Of a stretch of DNA of 64,000 nt, positions 9,143 to 19,442 are shown piece after piece. Below the pieces are notes generated by a model. It made no database searches and was not told the DNA's origin. It saw nothing but the letters and a program-made list of their open reading frames with translations. Source of the stretch: a virus; the IMG/VR virus record IMGVR_UViG_3300032516_000004, positions 64,001-128,000 of that record, one strand, 5' to 3'. Made by a program: the position numbers and the translations under genes. How positions within the stretch are numbered: the stretch's first letter is position 1; the number at the start of each line of letters is the position of its first letter.

Positions 9143-11625
9143 TGGCACTCGAACTATCGGGCTATCAAGACCCAGGCACATACATTGGCGAAGTAGTTAA
9201 CCCGGCTCAAATTTCATTAGCTACGGTCCCAGATGTTCTCGCCATTGTTGCTCATGGTAATCGTAGCAAGCGTTCGACTAATGAAGCGGTAAAGCGTGGT
9301 CAGGTATTTAGTGAAACTCTCACTGTTGCTGGTGTCGCGCCACATACGGCTACTTTAGGTAGCCGTGGTGATCGTAGAGTATCAAACACCACGGTTCGTA
9401 GAACATTGTCTGGTGAAACGATCGAGCTGCCTGATTCTGCGATTAGTTTTGGTTTTGCGGTGTTAACTGGCAGCGTCCTTACTACAGTTGACATTAGTAC
9501 GGCTAAAGCATTTGGTTTCAAGATGGATAATGGACAAGAAATTACTATCCAGCTTGAATATAATATGGCCGCAAGTACAACAATCTCAGGATCGTTGGTT
9601 ATTTCAAAACACCCATTTAGTGGGGTTGCTGGTGCTTCGGCAACACCAGCTGAGATTGCAACGGCTATTAATGCCGCGTTAGTTGCCGCGACTACGCTCG
9701 GATATGGTACAACATACGCAGCCGCCGTAACTGTTTCAACCAATAAATTGGTGTTTACCAGTATTCTTACTACCCCATATTCTGATGTATATATTGTTGC
9801 TCCATTTGCAAATAGCGGAACGGCTGTTTTAGGCTTTACAGTTCCAGCATATGCTTCAACAATTGTCACTATTGCCACCGTATATTACAATGTATCTGCT
9901 ACATATGAAATCGATTATGTGGCGGTGAATACATCTCTTGATCCGCTTACAAACACCGCAACCAAGATTACGCGAACTGGTTCATTTGCCAATGTGACAA
10001 GTTTTTACGAGAATACCGATTATTTACTAACTACTGGTGATATTGACTGGTCGCCAGATACAGCGGCTTCATTTACTGGCTCACCATCTGAAAATTTTGA
10101 TCTCAGCACCAATGATAATATTAGGGTGGCGTTTGATGGTAAAGCTGCAGTAACGATTGATCTTAATAATGGTGCGTTAGCTGGTGTAGTGCCGGGCTAT
10201 GCGGTTCCAGTTGCACCTGCAGCCACTACTGCTGAAGAAGTCGTTAATAATATTAATGCTGTAATAGCTATTGCAGCTAACTATGGACCAAAATACCGGG
10301 CATGTGCTGTAACAGCGGCTACTGGTACTAAGGTCAAGTTGGTGAGTCCGACCGAAGGTATTGCATCTAGCATTGAGCTTTCTGCTCCGACATCATTGAA
10401 TGCGACCGCTGCTATTTTTGGTTTAATTCCTTCACAACTTCCTTATACAGTGCTTGGTCTTGGTTCTAAGCCAGGAATTGGGGTCATTTATTTTATTACG
10501 TACGACTATGATAGACCAACAGCGGATTACAATAATCCTAAGAGATATTTCAGCGAAGATCAGATGACCGCTGATCTTACGCCAGTGTCTATGGCTAATA
10601 TACTGTCAACATATGGACAGATTACATTTGAAAATGGTGCTCCATCGGTAGTGTGTTGCCAAGTTAACGACCTAACACTCCCCGGATTCCCAACCGTCAA
10701 TGAGATTAAATCGGCAATTGATGCGCTGGCGATATCATCTGTCACCACTGATGTGGTGGTAGCTGATACTAGACTTAATGTTCAGACTTACCTAGTGAAC
10801 CATATTGAAGTTCAGAGCTCGCCTACGGAAAAGAATTATCGATCCGGTTGGTTTGGCATGCCGACCAGCACATTGGTTGGTGATAAAGATACCCCAGACA
10901 CATTCGTCTATCGAGCGGCTGTTACACTGCAGGTTGCTCCTGATAGTCCAGCTCGAGGCCGCATGATTCTTGTTGCCCCGTCTGGTGTTGATAGAACAAT
11001 TAGTCTTGAGGATGGTTCGCAGCTCACACTTACCATGAATTCAACAGCATTGTGCTGCGCTATCGCGGCTAGACACACAAGCTTTACATCACCGGCCATT
11101 TCATTAGCCAATAAGACTATCACGGGATTCGACGCCACGACATTCCCCATCTATTTAAAGGCTGAAAGAGCACAACTGGCATCGAACGGTGTTATGGTTG
11201 TGACGATGGATGGTGGAAACCTTCGAATTTTAGATCCAGTTACAACTGAAGCTGGTGGTGGCGCGGCATCCAAGTTTATGTATCGGGAGACCGCATCACA
11301 AAAAGATAATGTCAGCAGGTTAATGGATCAGATAATTTCTAATAATCTGCAGGGTGTTGTGCCTACAGATTTGTCAGATTTCGTGTTCGATATTAAGGTA
11401 TTTGTTGCGGCGGTGTTAACGTCACTTATTGAGACAGGTGCTATTGGTCCATTCAGAGATGCTAATGGCGTGTCACGGGATATTGATCTTTCTAAGGATG
11501 TTCAAGCAGAACAAAGCAAGAATGATCCTACGAAATTCAACTTCCGTTATTGGTTCTTCTTGAGATATCCAGCATTACGATTTATGGGTCAGTTCTCAAC
11601 GGACAACCCATTCTTCAACGCATAA
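9142..11625 (+). CDS. Contractile tail sheath protein
   Basis: N-terminal YQDPGTYIGEV; C-terminal sheath core (LASNGVMVV...LRILDPVTT...F...YPAL) and 827-aa size; followed by tube genes. Confidence 0.9.
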   Translation: MALELSGYQDPGTYIGEVVNPAQISLATVPDVLAIVAHGNRSKRSTNEAVKRGQVFSETLTVAGVAPHTATLGSRGDRRVSNTTVRRTLSGETIELPDSAISFGFAVLTGSVLTTVDISTAKAFGFKMDNGQEITIQLEYNMAASTTISGSLVISKHPFSGVAGASATPAEIATAINAALVAATTLGYGTTYAAAVTVSTNKLVFTSILTTPYSDVYIVAPFANSGTAVLGFTVPAYASTIVTIATVYYNVSATYEIDYVAVNTSLDPLTNTATKITRTGSFANVTSFYENTDYLLTTGDIDWSPDTAASFTGSPSENFDLSTNDNIRVAFDGKAAVTIDLNNGALAGVVPGYAVPVAPAATTAEEVVNNINAVIAIAANYGPKYRACAVTAATGTKVKLVSPTEGIASSIELSAPTSLNATAAIFGLIPSQLPYTVLGLGSKPGIGVIYFITYDYDRPTADYNNPKRYFSEDQMTADLTPVSMANILSTYGQITFENGAPSVVCCQVNDLTLPGFPTVNEIKSAIDALAISSVTTDVVVADTRLNVQTYLVNHIEVQSSPTEKNYRSGWFGMPTSTLVGDKDTPDTFVYRAAVTLQVAPDSPARGRMILVAPSGVDRTISLEDGSQLTLTMNSTALCCAIAARHTSFTSPAISLANKTITGFDATTFPIYLKAERAQLASNGVMVVTMDGGNLRILDPVTTEAGGGAASKFMYRETASQKDNVSRLMDQIISNNLQGVVPTDLSDFVFDIKVFVAAVLTSLIETGAIGPFRDANGVSRDIDLSKDVQAEQSKNDPTKFNFRYWFFLRYPALRFMGQFSTDNPFFNA

Positions 11626-11670
11626 CCCGATGATTGTCGGAGACCTTAAGGTTTAACAGGAGTTTTAGTC

Positions 11671-12162
11671 ATGGCAGACCCTTCACCGCCAGGAACATTA
11701 GTTCGCACGTCTCATTCCCTAACGATTAGAGTTAAAGGTGTTACCATTGGTCTTATCAATGGTTGGAACCCAACTCAAAGTAGAACCATTACCCCAATCT
11801 ATCAAATTGCGACATATGATCGACAGACCAGAAGCGGTGAGCCAGTAGAGAAGGTACCTGGCAACGTTACAGGTCAAACGATCGGCGTTCAGAGATATGA
11901 TATTTACACACAACGAATGGAAACAGCGTTTGGAACTACAGACCTGTCAATGTTGTCCATACAGATCGATCCATTCGATGTTGTAGAAAAGTGGATGTTC
12001 CCACAGACTGAACGTAGACCACAAGGTGGTACTGAATACGTAACATACACGGGTTGCTGGTTCTCAAATATTGGCAGAAATTTTCGATCTGATGGTGATC
12101 GAATTGTCAATGTTAATGCCACCCTCGAGTATGTACGTCGTTCGTTGGGACAAGTCTCGTAA
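11671..12162 (+). CDS. Tail tube protein, paralogue 1
   Basis: Follows the sheath; RTSHSLTIRVKGVTIGLINGWNPTQSRT...YTGCWFS...VNVNATLEY. Confidence 0.8.
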   Translation: MADPSPPGTLVRTSHSLTIRVKGVTIGLINGWNPTQSRTITPIYQIATYDRQTRSGEPVEKVPGNVTGQTIGVQRYDIYTQRMETAFGTTDLSMLSIQIDPFDVVEKWMFPQTERRPQGGTEYVTYTGCWFSNIGRNFRSDGDRIVNVNATLEYVRRSLGQVS

Positions 12163-12181
12163 TAACCCGTAGAGGTTATCT

Positions 12182-12676
12182 ATGAGTTACGTTCCTGGCA
12201 CGCAAGTACGCACTAGTCACGCGCTTACCATTAAAGTTAGTGGCGTAACGGTTGGCCTTATTAATGGCTGGAATCCAACACAAGCCAGAACTGTAACACC
12301 AGTTTATGAAGTTGGTGAAGATGACTCTGGAAATCCTGTAGAAAGTGTACCAGGAAACGTCACTGGTCTTACAATTGCTGTTGGTAGATTTGATACATAT
12401 AAAAAGAGAATGGAAGAAGCATTCGGAACACCTGATTTAGTAATGCTAACCCGCCAAAACCAACCGTTTGATGTTATGGAGATCTGGGCATCTAGAAACT
12501 TTCAGGTTGATGAACGATTTATCTATCAGAAATGCTGGTTTAGTAACCTTGGTAGAACGCTACGATCAGATGACAATAGAGTCGTAAATGTAAATGCAAC
12601 GTTAGTATACACCAAAAAATTAAAGGTAAGTGGCGTTATTGGGGACGTACTATCATTTAGTAGTTTTATACAATGA
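12182..12676 (+). CDS. Tail tube protein, paralogue 2
   Basis: RTSHALTIKVSGVTVGLINGWNPTQART...YQKCWFS...VNVNATLVY; clearly homologous to paralogue 1. Confidence 0.8.
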   Translation: MSYVPGTQVRTSHALTIKVSGVTVGLINGWNPTQARTVTPVYEVGEDDSGNPVESVPGNVTGLTIAVGRFDTYKKRMEEAFGTPDLVMLTRQNQPFDVMEIWASRNFQVDERFIYQKCWFSNLGRTLRSDDNRVVNVNATLVYTKKLKVSGVIGDVLSFSSFIQ

Positions 12677-13206
12677 GTTTTCAATCATTCATACAGGGTG
12701 CAAGTGATTGGTTAAATGCCCAAGATACCGGTGGATTTGTAAAGGGGCCACCGATGACACAGACCGCACTATCCCATGCTATAACCATTAAATCACAACG
12801 CGGTCTTAGAATAGGTAGAATACAAGCTTGGTCACCAAATATGTCTAGAACTGTTGATACTGTGTTTGAAGTACAGGCGGCCAACACTGGTGAACCTCTT
12901 GAAAGAGTGCCACAAATACAAGGAACTAATAGTATATCGATAGATAGGTATGAATTGTATACCGCACATATGGGTGAGGCATTTAATGTTACTATACAAA
13001 ATGGATCGGATATGTTTTCACTAGTACAACAGATCAATCCAATCTACGTAAGAGAAGTATGGCGAGACCCATTTGGTGGCATGATAGCATATGTTTATGT
13101 TGGGTGCTGGTTTTCCTCTTTAGGTCACACTATAAGTGCAACAGATGATAGAATAGTCAAAGCTCGAGCAACATTAGAATTTACACGTAGGCTTAGATTA
13201 GCGTAG
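12673..13206 (+). CDS. Tail tube protein, paralogue 3 (more diverged)
   Basis: LSHAITIK...IGRIQAWSPNMSRT...YVGCWFS...IVKARATLEF. Confidence 0.75.
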   Translation: MSFQSFIQGASDWLNAQDTGGFVKGPPMTQTALSHAITIKSQRGLRIGRIQAWSPNMSRTVDTVFEVQAANTGEPLERVPQIQGTNSISIDRYELYTAHMGEAFNVTIQNGSDMFSLVQQINPIYVREVWRDPFGGMIAYVYVGCWFSSLGHTISATDDRIVKARATLEFTRRLRLA

Positions 13207-13211
13207 GGGGA

Positions 13212-13240
13212 TTGAAATAAAACAGTTTTTGATGTAAAAT
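13212..13240 (+). promoter_or_regulatory. Sigma70-like promoter candidate upstream of the tail chaperone
   Basis: TTGAAA-17 nt-TAAAAT in the intergenic region, followed by AGGAGG RBS. Confidence 0.45.
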
Positions 13241-13273
13241 GTAGTTTAACCACCCTCAACAGAGGAGGCCACC

Positions 13274-13831
13274 ATGGCTGACAACGAAGAAGTTAAGAAA
13301 ATCGGTATTTCAGTAGCAAATCGACATCAAATATTGGAAGATATTGCAACTCAGACAAGGGGGGCTGAGATTAGTACTGTTGCTACGGTAGCAGGACATA
13401 AATACCTACTTCATACACTAAGTGCTGATGAAGAGGTGTGGGCTGATGGTTATGTTAGTTCCAACAGTGCAATGGCAGCGATTACATCAATGAAACTACC
13501 AACCTTAGCCGCATCTATTAGAGCAATTGATGACATTACGGTAGATAAGCTATTTGATTTTTCAAACCAAAATTCAAACGAAGCATTCCACACGCAAAGT
13601 AGTTGGCATAGACATTATTGGGAAATGTCTCAAATGCTTTTGTGGCTCGGTGATAGACCCAATCCACTTATTATCGAGTTATGGAAAGAATATGTTGCTT
13701 TAACTGAACGTCGTGACAAGTCATGGGATGAATTAAAAAAATCGTGTGCGGGGACTCCTTATGGCGAATCAAAAGTTACGTGCTCGCCAGAAAAGGTGTC
13801 CTCGCCAGTAACCCAGACGTCCAACGTATGA
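13274..13831 (+). CDS. Tail assembly chaperone (gpG-like)
   Basis: Lies between tube and tape-measure genes; strong RBS; contains the slippery site near its 3' end. Confidence 0.75.
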   Translation: MADNEEVKKIGISVANRHQILEDIATQTRGAEISTVATVAGHKYLLHTLSADEEVWADGYVSSNSAMAAITSMKLPTLAASIRAIDDITVDKLFDFSNQNSNEAFHTQSSWHRHYWEMSQMLLWLGDRPNPLIIELWKEYVALTERRDKSWDELKKSCAGTPYGESKVTCSPEKVSSPVTQTSNV

Positions 13832-14412
13832 CAACGGCTCAATGGTTGTGGGAGTTTGAGGCATTAGTTCAAAAGGAAAAAAATGATGTAGAACGACAAC
13901 TTGAATTTTTTAAATTAATTAAGAGACAAGTGATTGGTATGCTAGGGCTTAATCTTATTTGTAAAAAAGAAGATTTAGAAAAAAATCCTGAAATATTTAT
14001 ACCATGGGCAATATTAGGTGGTAGAAGAGAAGTTGTACAAGAAATATTTGATCACATGGAAAAAGAAACAAATATAAAGAGCGTAACTCAGGATGAGGAA
14101 TTTGAAAAATTATCATCCGCCATAGCAAGTGGTGACATAGGTGACATGGATCCTATCTTAGATATTTCTGATTTAAAGTTGGATGAAATCAAAAAATCAG
14201 CACAGGAAGAAGATTTAAAGAAAGCCGGTATAAAATTAGTTGATAAAATTGAACCATCTATACATATTTCATTTGATAAAAGTAAAACGTGGGAAAAAAC
14301 AAAAGAAGGAATAAAAGACATTCAAGCGGCAAGGCAACAGGTTGATAAAGAGTTAGAAAGTGAAAGGAAACAAGTACACGGATTATCGGTACTGTTTGAT
14401 GACGATGCCTGA
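13732..14412 (+). CDS. C-terminal (gpT-like) part of the frameshifted tail assembly chaperone gpGT
   Basis: The -1 frame opens exactly at the slippery site; no RBS for GTG13744. Confidence 0.7.
   Translation: MKKIVCGDSLWRIKSYVLARKGVLASNPDVQRMTTAQWLWEFEALVQKEKNDVERQLEFFKLIKRQVIGMLGLNLICKKEDLEKNPEIFIPWAILGGRREVVQEIFDHMEKETNIKSVTQDEEFEKLSSAIASGDIGDMDPILDISDLKLDEIKKSAQEEDLKKAGIKLVDKIEPSIHISFDKSKTWEKTKEGIKDIQAARQQVDKELESERKQVHGLSVLFDDDA
13735..13741 (+). other. Programmed -1 frameshift slippery heptamer A AAA AAA
   Basis: In-frame TTA AAA AAA (L-K-K). The -1 frame has TGA at 13729-13731 and is open from 13732 to 14412. Confidence 0.75.
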
Positions 14413-16435
14413 ACTAAAATATGTCATATCTGTAGATTTTGATAAGGTTAAGCAGGAATTATCTACTGTTGTTAAGCATGCGGACGCTTTAAAGGAAAGC
14501 ATAACGTCTAATAAGGAGGAAACAGAAGACGCCTCAAAACGCGCACAAGACGAGATGAAAGGACTTGAAGCAAGTCTATCGGCACTACATAAAAATGCTG
14601 ACACAATGACACTTACGACAAAGGATAAGGTAGCTGGTTTATTAACATATTATATCGAATGGTCACAGATAACTAGAACCAGGTTAGTAGAAGCCCACGG
14701 CGAACTTGGTAGAGTGGTTGGTGAATTTATACCCAGGCAAATGTCAGGTGTGAGTTCTGCTGTTAGCCAATTAAGAGGCTCAATACTAGGAGAACTACCA
14801 TTTGGTGGGCTTATTGGTCTCATGTTATTGGGTGGGCAGCGATTTGAACAGATACGCTCACAGAGCGCAGAAGCCGTTCGAATGATGCAGCAGACAGGAC
14901 ACGTCGGTAAAGAAGCTATAGGTGAACTTGGCCATGAGGCATATAGACTAGGTATTTATTTGGGTAAAGGCCCTGGTGGGATGCAAAATGAATTAGCTGC
15001 CGCAGCGTCTGGTTTTGCACAATTTGGAGCCAAAGTAGATGAGTTACGACAAAAAAGTTTTATTACTCCCATGCAGTTGGTAGACCCAGAAATAGGCGAT
15101 AATCTTACTATAATTGATGAGTCTATTGCTAAAACCTCAATGCGTTTAGATTCATTATTTAAATTACCAGCTGGTGCAGCGGCCATGGCAGCTGGTCAAA
15201 TAATGAAAAATTTTGCAACAGGAATAGTTGAGTCACAAGACCTATTTACTAAATTGGGATCTGCTGCTCAAAACACATATCAAAATGTTCAAGTATTTAC
15301 ACAATCCGTAATGGCGTCTGGTGCTGTGTTAAGATTACAGCGGATTGATCTTAATGAAGTGGCTGAGTCACAGTTAAAATTACAACGCGCTATTGCTGGC
15401 ACTATTGCACCAGGAAAAACCGAAAAGGAACAGATGCGATGGGCTGGTGGATATGCCGAACAAGGAATGGCTCAAATTACGCAGGGTATTCAAGGAATGA
15501 GTCTTGGTTGGTCAGCCGTTATCGGTCAGATGATGAAACAACAAGGACAGTTGACCACAACTACTGCTGATCCTTTAGAAGTTATTTTTAGATTCAAGGA
15601 GGGATTACTTAAAGATACTAGAAAACCAGCAGATCAAGAGTATTTAACTAACGTTATTCTTAGGTCTGTTGAACTTGCACAAAAGAACGCGCCGGGGAAT
15701 GAATATGCGCAACGTATGATTTTAGGCGCTCAGATGGGAATGGACCCAACTGGACCTGGTACCAGGGCATTATTAGAAATAGCAAAACATCAAAAAGACC
15801 CAAAGGCCCTTGAACAAGCACTCAAAGAAAATCAAGAACATATAGCAAGTGCTTTCGTAGATAGGGGACAAGAAACATCTAATTTTCAACGCGCATTAAT
15901 GCTTGCACAAGACGGCATAGCACAATTAGGGAAAGGAATACTTGGTGCTGTGGTGTCTGCCGGGGCCGCGATAATACAAGCAATAAAATGGGTATATTAT
16001 TCATGGATTTCTAAAGACGACGCTAGGGCTAAAGTCGCTGAAATGGGAATGGAGCATTATCGTGGGGTAACTGATAAAGCATGGAAATCAGTTGATACAG
16101 CGTTTGATGAAATTCGCAGGGCAGCTAAATTAACAGGATCAACTTTAGCTGATGCTCCTGGTATGGGTGGAATGGCATGGGATGAAAAAGCAGCCTACGC
16201 TGATGTACTAAAAAGGGGGCATAGAAAGAAGAGTGGACCAGAAGGCATAGGAGACGTTGTTAAAGGGGTTGGTAAATTTGCTATGTACGCTCCAGAAGAA
16301 GCGCTGGGTGAAGTGATTGAGTTTGGGACACGTGCACTTGAATCAGCCGGTATAATTCGTAGAAGGACCAAAATCACGGAAGTAACAGAGGACTTTATAC
16401 CTGGGGACGTAGCGGCAGCAAAAGTAGGTGAATAA
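14405..16435 (+). CDS. Tape measure protein (676 aa)
   Basis: Follows the chaperone; Ala/Gly/Gln-rich helical composition; start refined to ATG14405, which overlaps the upstream TGA. Confidence 0.75.
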   Translation: MPELKYVISVDFDKVKQELSTVVKHADALKESITSNKEETEDASKRAQDEMKGLEASLSALHKNADTMTLTTKDKVAGLLTYYIEWSQITRTRLVEAHGELGRVVGEFIPRQMSGVSSAVSQLRGSILGELPFGGLIGLMLLGGQRFEQIRSQSAEAVRMMQQTGHVGKEAIGELGHEAYRLGIYLGKGPGGMQNELAAAASGFAQFGAKVDELRQKSFITPMQLVDPEIGDNLTIIDESIAKTSMRLDSLFKLPAGAAAMAAGQIMKNFATGIVESQDLFTKLGSAAQNTYQNVQVFTQSVMASGAVLRLQRIDLNEVAESQLKLQRAIAGTIAPGKTEKEQMRWAGGYAEQGMAQITQGIQGMSLGWSAVIGQMMKQQGQLTTTTADPLEVIFRFKEGLLKDTRKPADQEYLTNVILRSVELAQKNAPGNEYAQRMILGAQMGMDPTGPGTRALLEIAKHQKDPKALEQALKENQEHIASAFVDRGQETSNFQRALMLAQDGIAQLGKGILGAVVSAGAAIIQAIKWVYYSWISKDDARAKVAEMGMEHYRGVTDKAWKSVDTAFDEIRRAAKLTGSTLADAPGMGGMAWDEKAAYADVLKRGHRKKSGPEGIGDVVKGVGKFAMYAPEEALGEVIEFGTRALESAGIIRRRTKITEVTEDFIPGDVAAAKVGE

Positions 16436-17211
16436 TGGGAATTTTATCTAGTGCTAACATAGCATCAGCTTTGTCACAAACAATATTTGGTGGCACACCA
16501 TACGCTAATACCACTAGAGTTCCGATGCTATTTACATCAACTCGTAGGTTAAGATTGGCTGATCCGGGCTTCAAAAGCATTTCTACGTTTTTATCCCCAA
16601 CCGAGTCATCACAAAAAGCCACAGCTAATTTAGAATTTGCTTTTAATGCCACAAATTATACTTTTACTGGTGGCACTGGTGAGTTTCCTGTAATTGAAAT
16701 GGCCGTTAATCCAAATAGTATAAGTTGGAAGCAACCAAAGCGTTTTACTAAGAGAGATACACAAGAAGGTAGTATATTTTTCCATTTTACCAATAGTAAG
16801 GGGCAAAATAACGATATTCTAACGATGGATTTTAGAGGAAATACCGGCAATATTAACTTAGTAAGTAGCATGCTTACTGGTTCCAATAAACAAGCTGGTG
16901 ATACAGGGGCCGCTAAAAAGTCATTAATATGGCATAATCTTTGGAGCCTAACAAGAGAGCCAATACTGCTGAACGACAACACTATCAACGAGTTTATGGT
17001 CATATACAGTTCAATAATTATTCCAGAAGAAATAATGTTGGTTGGTTTCTTCAGTAGTGTACTTGAATGGACAGACTCGGCAGATAAACCATTTTCAAAA
17101 GATTACTCAATGTCATTTACGGTACAACAAGTAGTGCCACCCTTGGAAGATTTAATGACAACCATAAGTAATGTTGTGTTTAATCCAGATGAAGCCGGAA
17201 ATTTAATATGA
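16435..17211 (+). CDS. Tail tube initiator / baseplate hub-associated protein
   Basis: MAVNPNSISWKQPKR...LTMDFRGNTG...YSMSFTV tube-like fold motifs; follows the tape measure. Confidence 0.65.
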   Translation: MGILSSANIASALSQTIFGGTPYANTTRVPMLFTSTRRLRLADPGFKSISTFLSPTESSQKATANLEFAFNATNYTFTGGTGEFPVIEMAVNPNSISWKQPKRFTKRDTQEGSIFFHFTNSKGQNNDILTMDFRGNTGNINLVSSMLTGSNKQAGDTGAAKKSLIWHNLWSLTREPILLNDNTINEFMVIYSSIIIPEEIMLVGFFSSVLEWTDSADKPFSKDYSMSFTVQQVVPPLEDLMTTISNVVFNPDEAGNLI

Positions 17212-19442
17212 CAACGACCGGTCAAGTCAGACACGCGTTCCCAGCATTTAAAGTTTATATATTCGGTGTAGATGTAACAGAAGATGTATTAAATGTTGAA
17301 ATTAAATATCATACTGGTAAATCACCAAATATTTGTACAGTAACTCTTGCTAATGATTTAGATAAATATATACTAACTACAAAAGAAATGGTTTTGTTCT
17401 TTGGTTCAAAGGTTAGAGAAGCCATTGAAAATAAATATATGAAATTAATAGAACAAACCCGTGGACAACTTAATGATGAACAAACAATGGAGCAAATAAC
17501 TGAAAGTGAAATATTGCAACAATTAGATCATATTCAATTTCCTAATAAACGTTTAGTATTATTATCTAAACTTTTAGAAAAATTAGACGATATTGAGGCC
17601 CCCGACATAAATGATAAAACAGATGGGTCTCATGTAAGACAATTAACTGGCCATGTGTTTAGATATCCATTCCATGCTGAAGATCCAATTTTTCATGCCA
17701 ATGATCCAATAAGAGTATTTCTTAGGGACCCATTTAACCCGTCACGATGGTATCATGGGTTTACTGGGTTCTTGAGTGATTTTGATGATCATGTTGATGA
17801 AAATAATCAAAAAATATTAACAATAGTGGCAGAAGGGCCAACTAAAATTCTTAGATACGCAAGAATGGCTACTAATCCTGGCATCGTTGACATGGGTGCT
17901 ATTCAAGTTGCGAAATTGGACGCTATTGATCGTAGTTTCTGGGAAGAGGGCTTTTATGATATTACACTTCCAGAATATATGTTTGCTCTTATATTTGGTA
18001 ATGATCCAAATGGTGACATAGCGCAACCAACAGGTGAAAGTAGCGGCAAATTTAGCATACGAAGTAAAGACGCGGCTGGTAATGCTCGTGCTAGTCAAAT
18101 AAGATTTGCTGCCGCTGGGAGATTCAATTATGGTAGATCTACGGTAATTGAATATGGACCAAAAACAACAACAAAAATTAATGAAGATCAACTTGATATG
18201 GGTGCTACACCATATTGTAGTGTGTCTACTCTAGAAGAATACCAATCAATTATTGACCATGAATTAAAAGAGAGTGATCTATATGATTTGTTAGACGAAA
18301 ATGTGGGCTGGACAGCAACTAAAACATCTGGTACACGCACACAAGTATTAAATGAAGTTAATGATTATATGAAAAATTTACCACGAAAGGCTGATGGTAC
18401 ACCTGACCCACATGGTCTAATGGATTTTCTTGGTAAAAGAACGGATTTGTACCCACCAGATAGTGGTGCTCTTATTATTCTTATTCCAGCGTCATTTCAT
18501 CCAGAAACAAATAGAAATATATTAATGAAAGACTTAATACAATCTCCAGGAATGACGACAACATTTAGAAGTAGATTGTCAATGATATATGAAACTATCG
18601 AGCGTATAGAATTTGTATTTTATGAGTCTCCTAAAGGTGATTTGATTTGCGAATTTCCGTTGTATGATTTTGATCCAGATGACTGGGGATTTAATGAAGT
18701 TAAAAAGAATATCGTTAATGGTCTACCTGGGGCTACTGATCGTAGTGTGATACCAATTAGCTATAAATCAGAATTTGAATCTAAAGATATTAAATGTGGT
18801 CCATTTGCTCCTAGGTGGATAATAGAAAAACGAGACACTATAAATTTTAGTAAAGGCATTACAGATGAAAAAGTTAGAACTGAACTAGCGTGTGATTGGA
18901 ATCTTGTAACCGGTTGGCGGAAAGCGGTGGGGTTATCTACTGGAATACTTCCACCAGCAGTTGTGCAATTAAAACATCTAATTCCATTATATTGGGCTCG
19001 TTTAGAGCAAGCTGATCCAAAGGGTCATATATCAAGTGCCGAGGCAGCACACGCCTATGCCCATATCACATTAAATAAAATGAATGCAGACGCCAAAAAT
19101 TTAGGTATAAACACAGTACCAAATTTGGGTACATGGTTAAATAGGCCGATGTATTTTTTACCACGTAATTGTATTGGAACTCTTACTAGTATCACTCATT
19201 CGGTTAAATGGGGAATGGGTGGTAGTATGGACACTAGATTAAACATAAATTACATAAGAGGATGGGATGGTTTATTAGACATACACAATAACCCGGTATA
19301 TACCACCATAGGTGGTCTTCCAAGCAGACCACTTAATTATAAGTTGTTATTTAACTTATTAGAAGATGTTACTAGTGGCAATGCCTCACCGTCTGGTGAA
19401 TCAGAGGCATCACGTCCAACAATAACAGAGGCAGAAGCATGA
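17208..19442 (+). CDS. Baseplate hub protein
   Basis: FKVYIFGVDVTEDVLNVEI...CTVTLAND N-terminus; TLTSITHSV...DTRLNINY C-terminus; gene position fits. Confidence 0.65.
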   Translation: MTTTGQVRHAFPAFKVYIFGVDVTEDVLNVEIKYHTGKSPNICTVTLANDLDKYILTTKEMVLFFGSKVREAIENKYMKLIEQTRGQLNDEQTMEQITESEILQQLDHIQFPNKRLVLLSKLLEKLDDIEAPDINDKTDGSHVRQLTGHVFRYPFHAEDPIFHANDPIRVFLRDPFNPSRWYHGFTGFLSDFDDHVDENNQKILTIVAEGPTKILRYARMATNPGIVDMGAIQVAKLDAIDRSFWEEGFYDITLPEYMFALIFGNDPNGDIAQPTGESSGKFSIRSKDAAGNARASQIRFAAAGRFNYGRSTVIEYGPKTTTKINEDQLDMGATPYCSVSTLEEYQSIIDHELKESDLYDLLDENVGWTATKTSGTRTQVLNEVNDYMKNLPRKADGTPDPHGLMDFLGKRTDLYPPDSGALIILIPASFHPETNRNILMKDLIQSPGMTTTFRSRLSMIYETIERIEFVFYESPKGDLICEFPLYDFDPDDWGFNEVKKNIVNGLPGATDRSVIPISYKSEFESKDIKCGPFAPRWIIEKRDTINFSKGITDEKVRTELACDWNLVTGWRKAVGLSTGILPPAVVQLKHLIPLYWARLEQADPKGHISSAEAAHAYAHITLNKMNADAKNLGINTVPNLGTWLNRPMYFLPRNCIGTLTSITHSVKWGMGGSMDTRLNINYIRGWDGLLDIHNNPVYTTIGGLPSRPLNYKLLFNLLEDVTSGNASPSGESEASRPTITEAEA

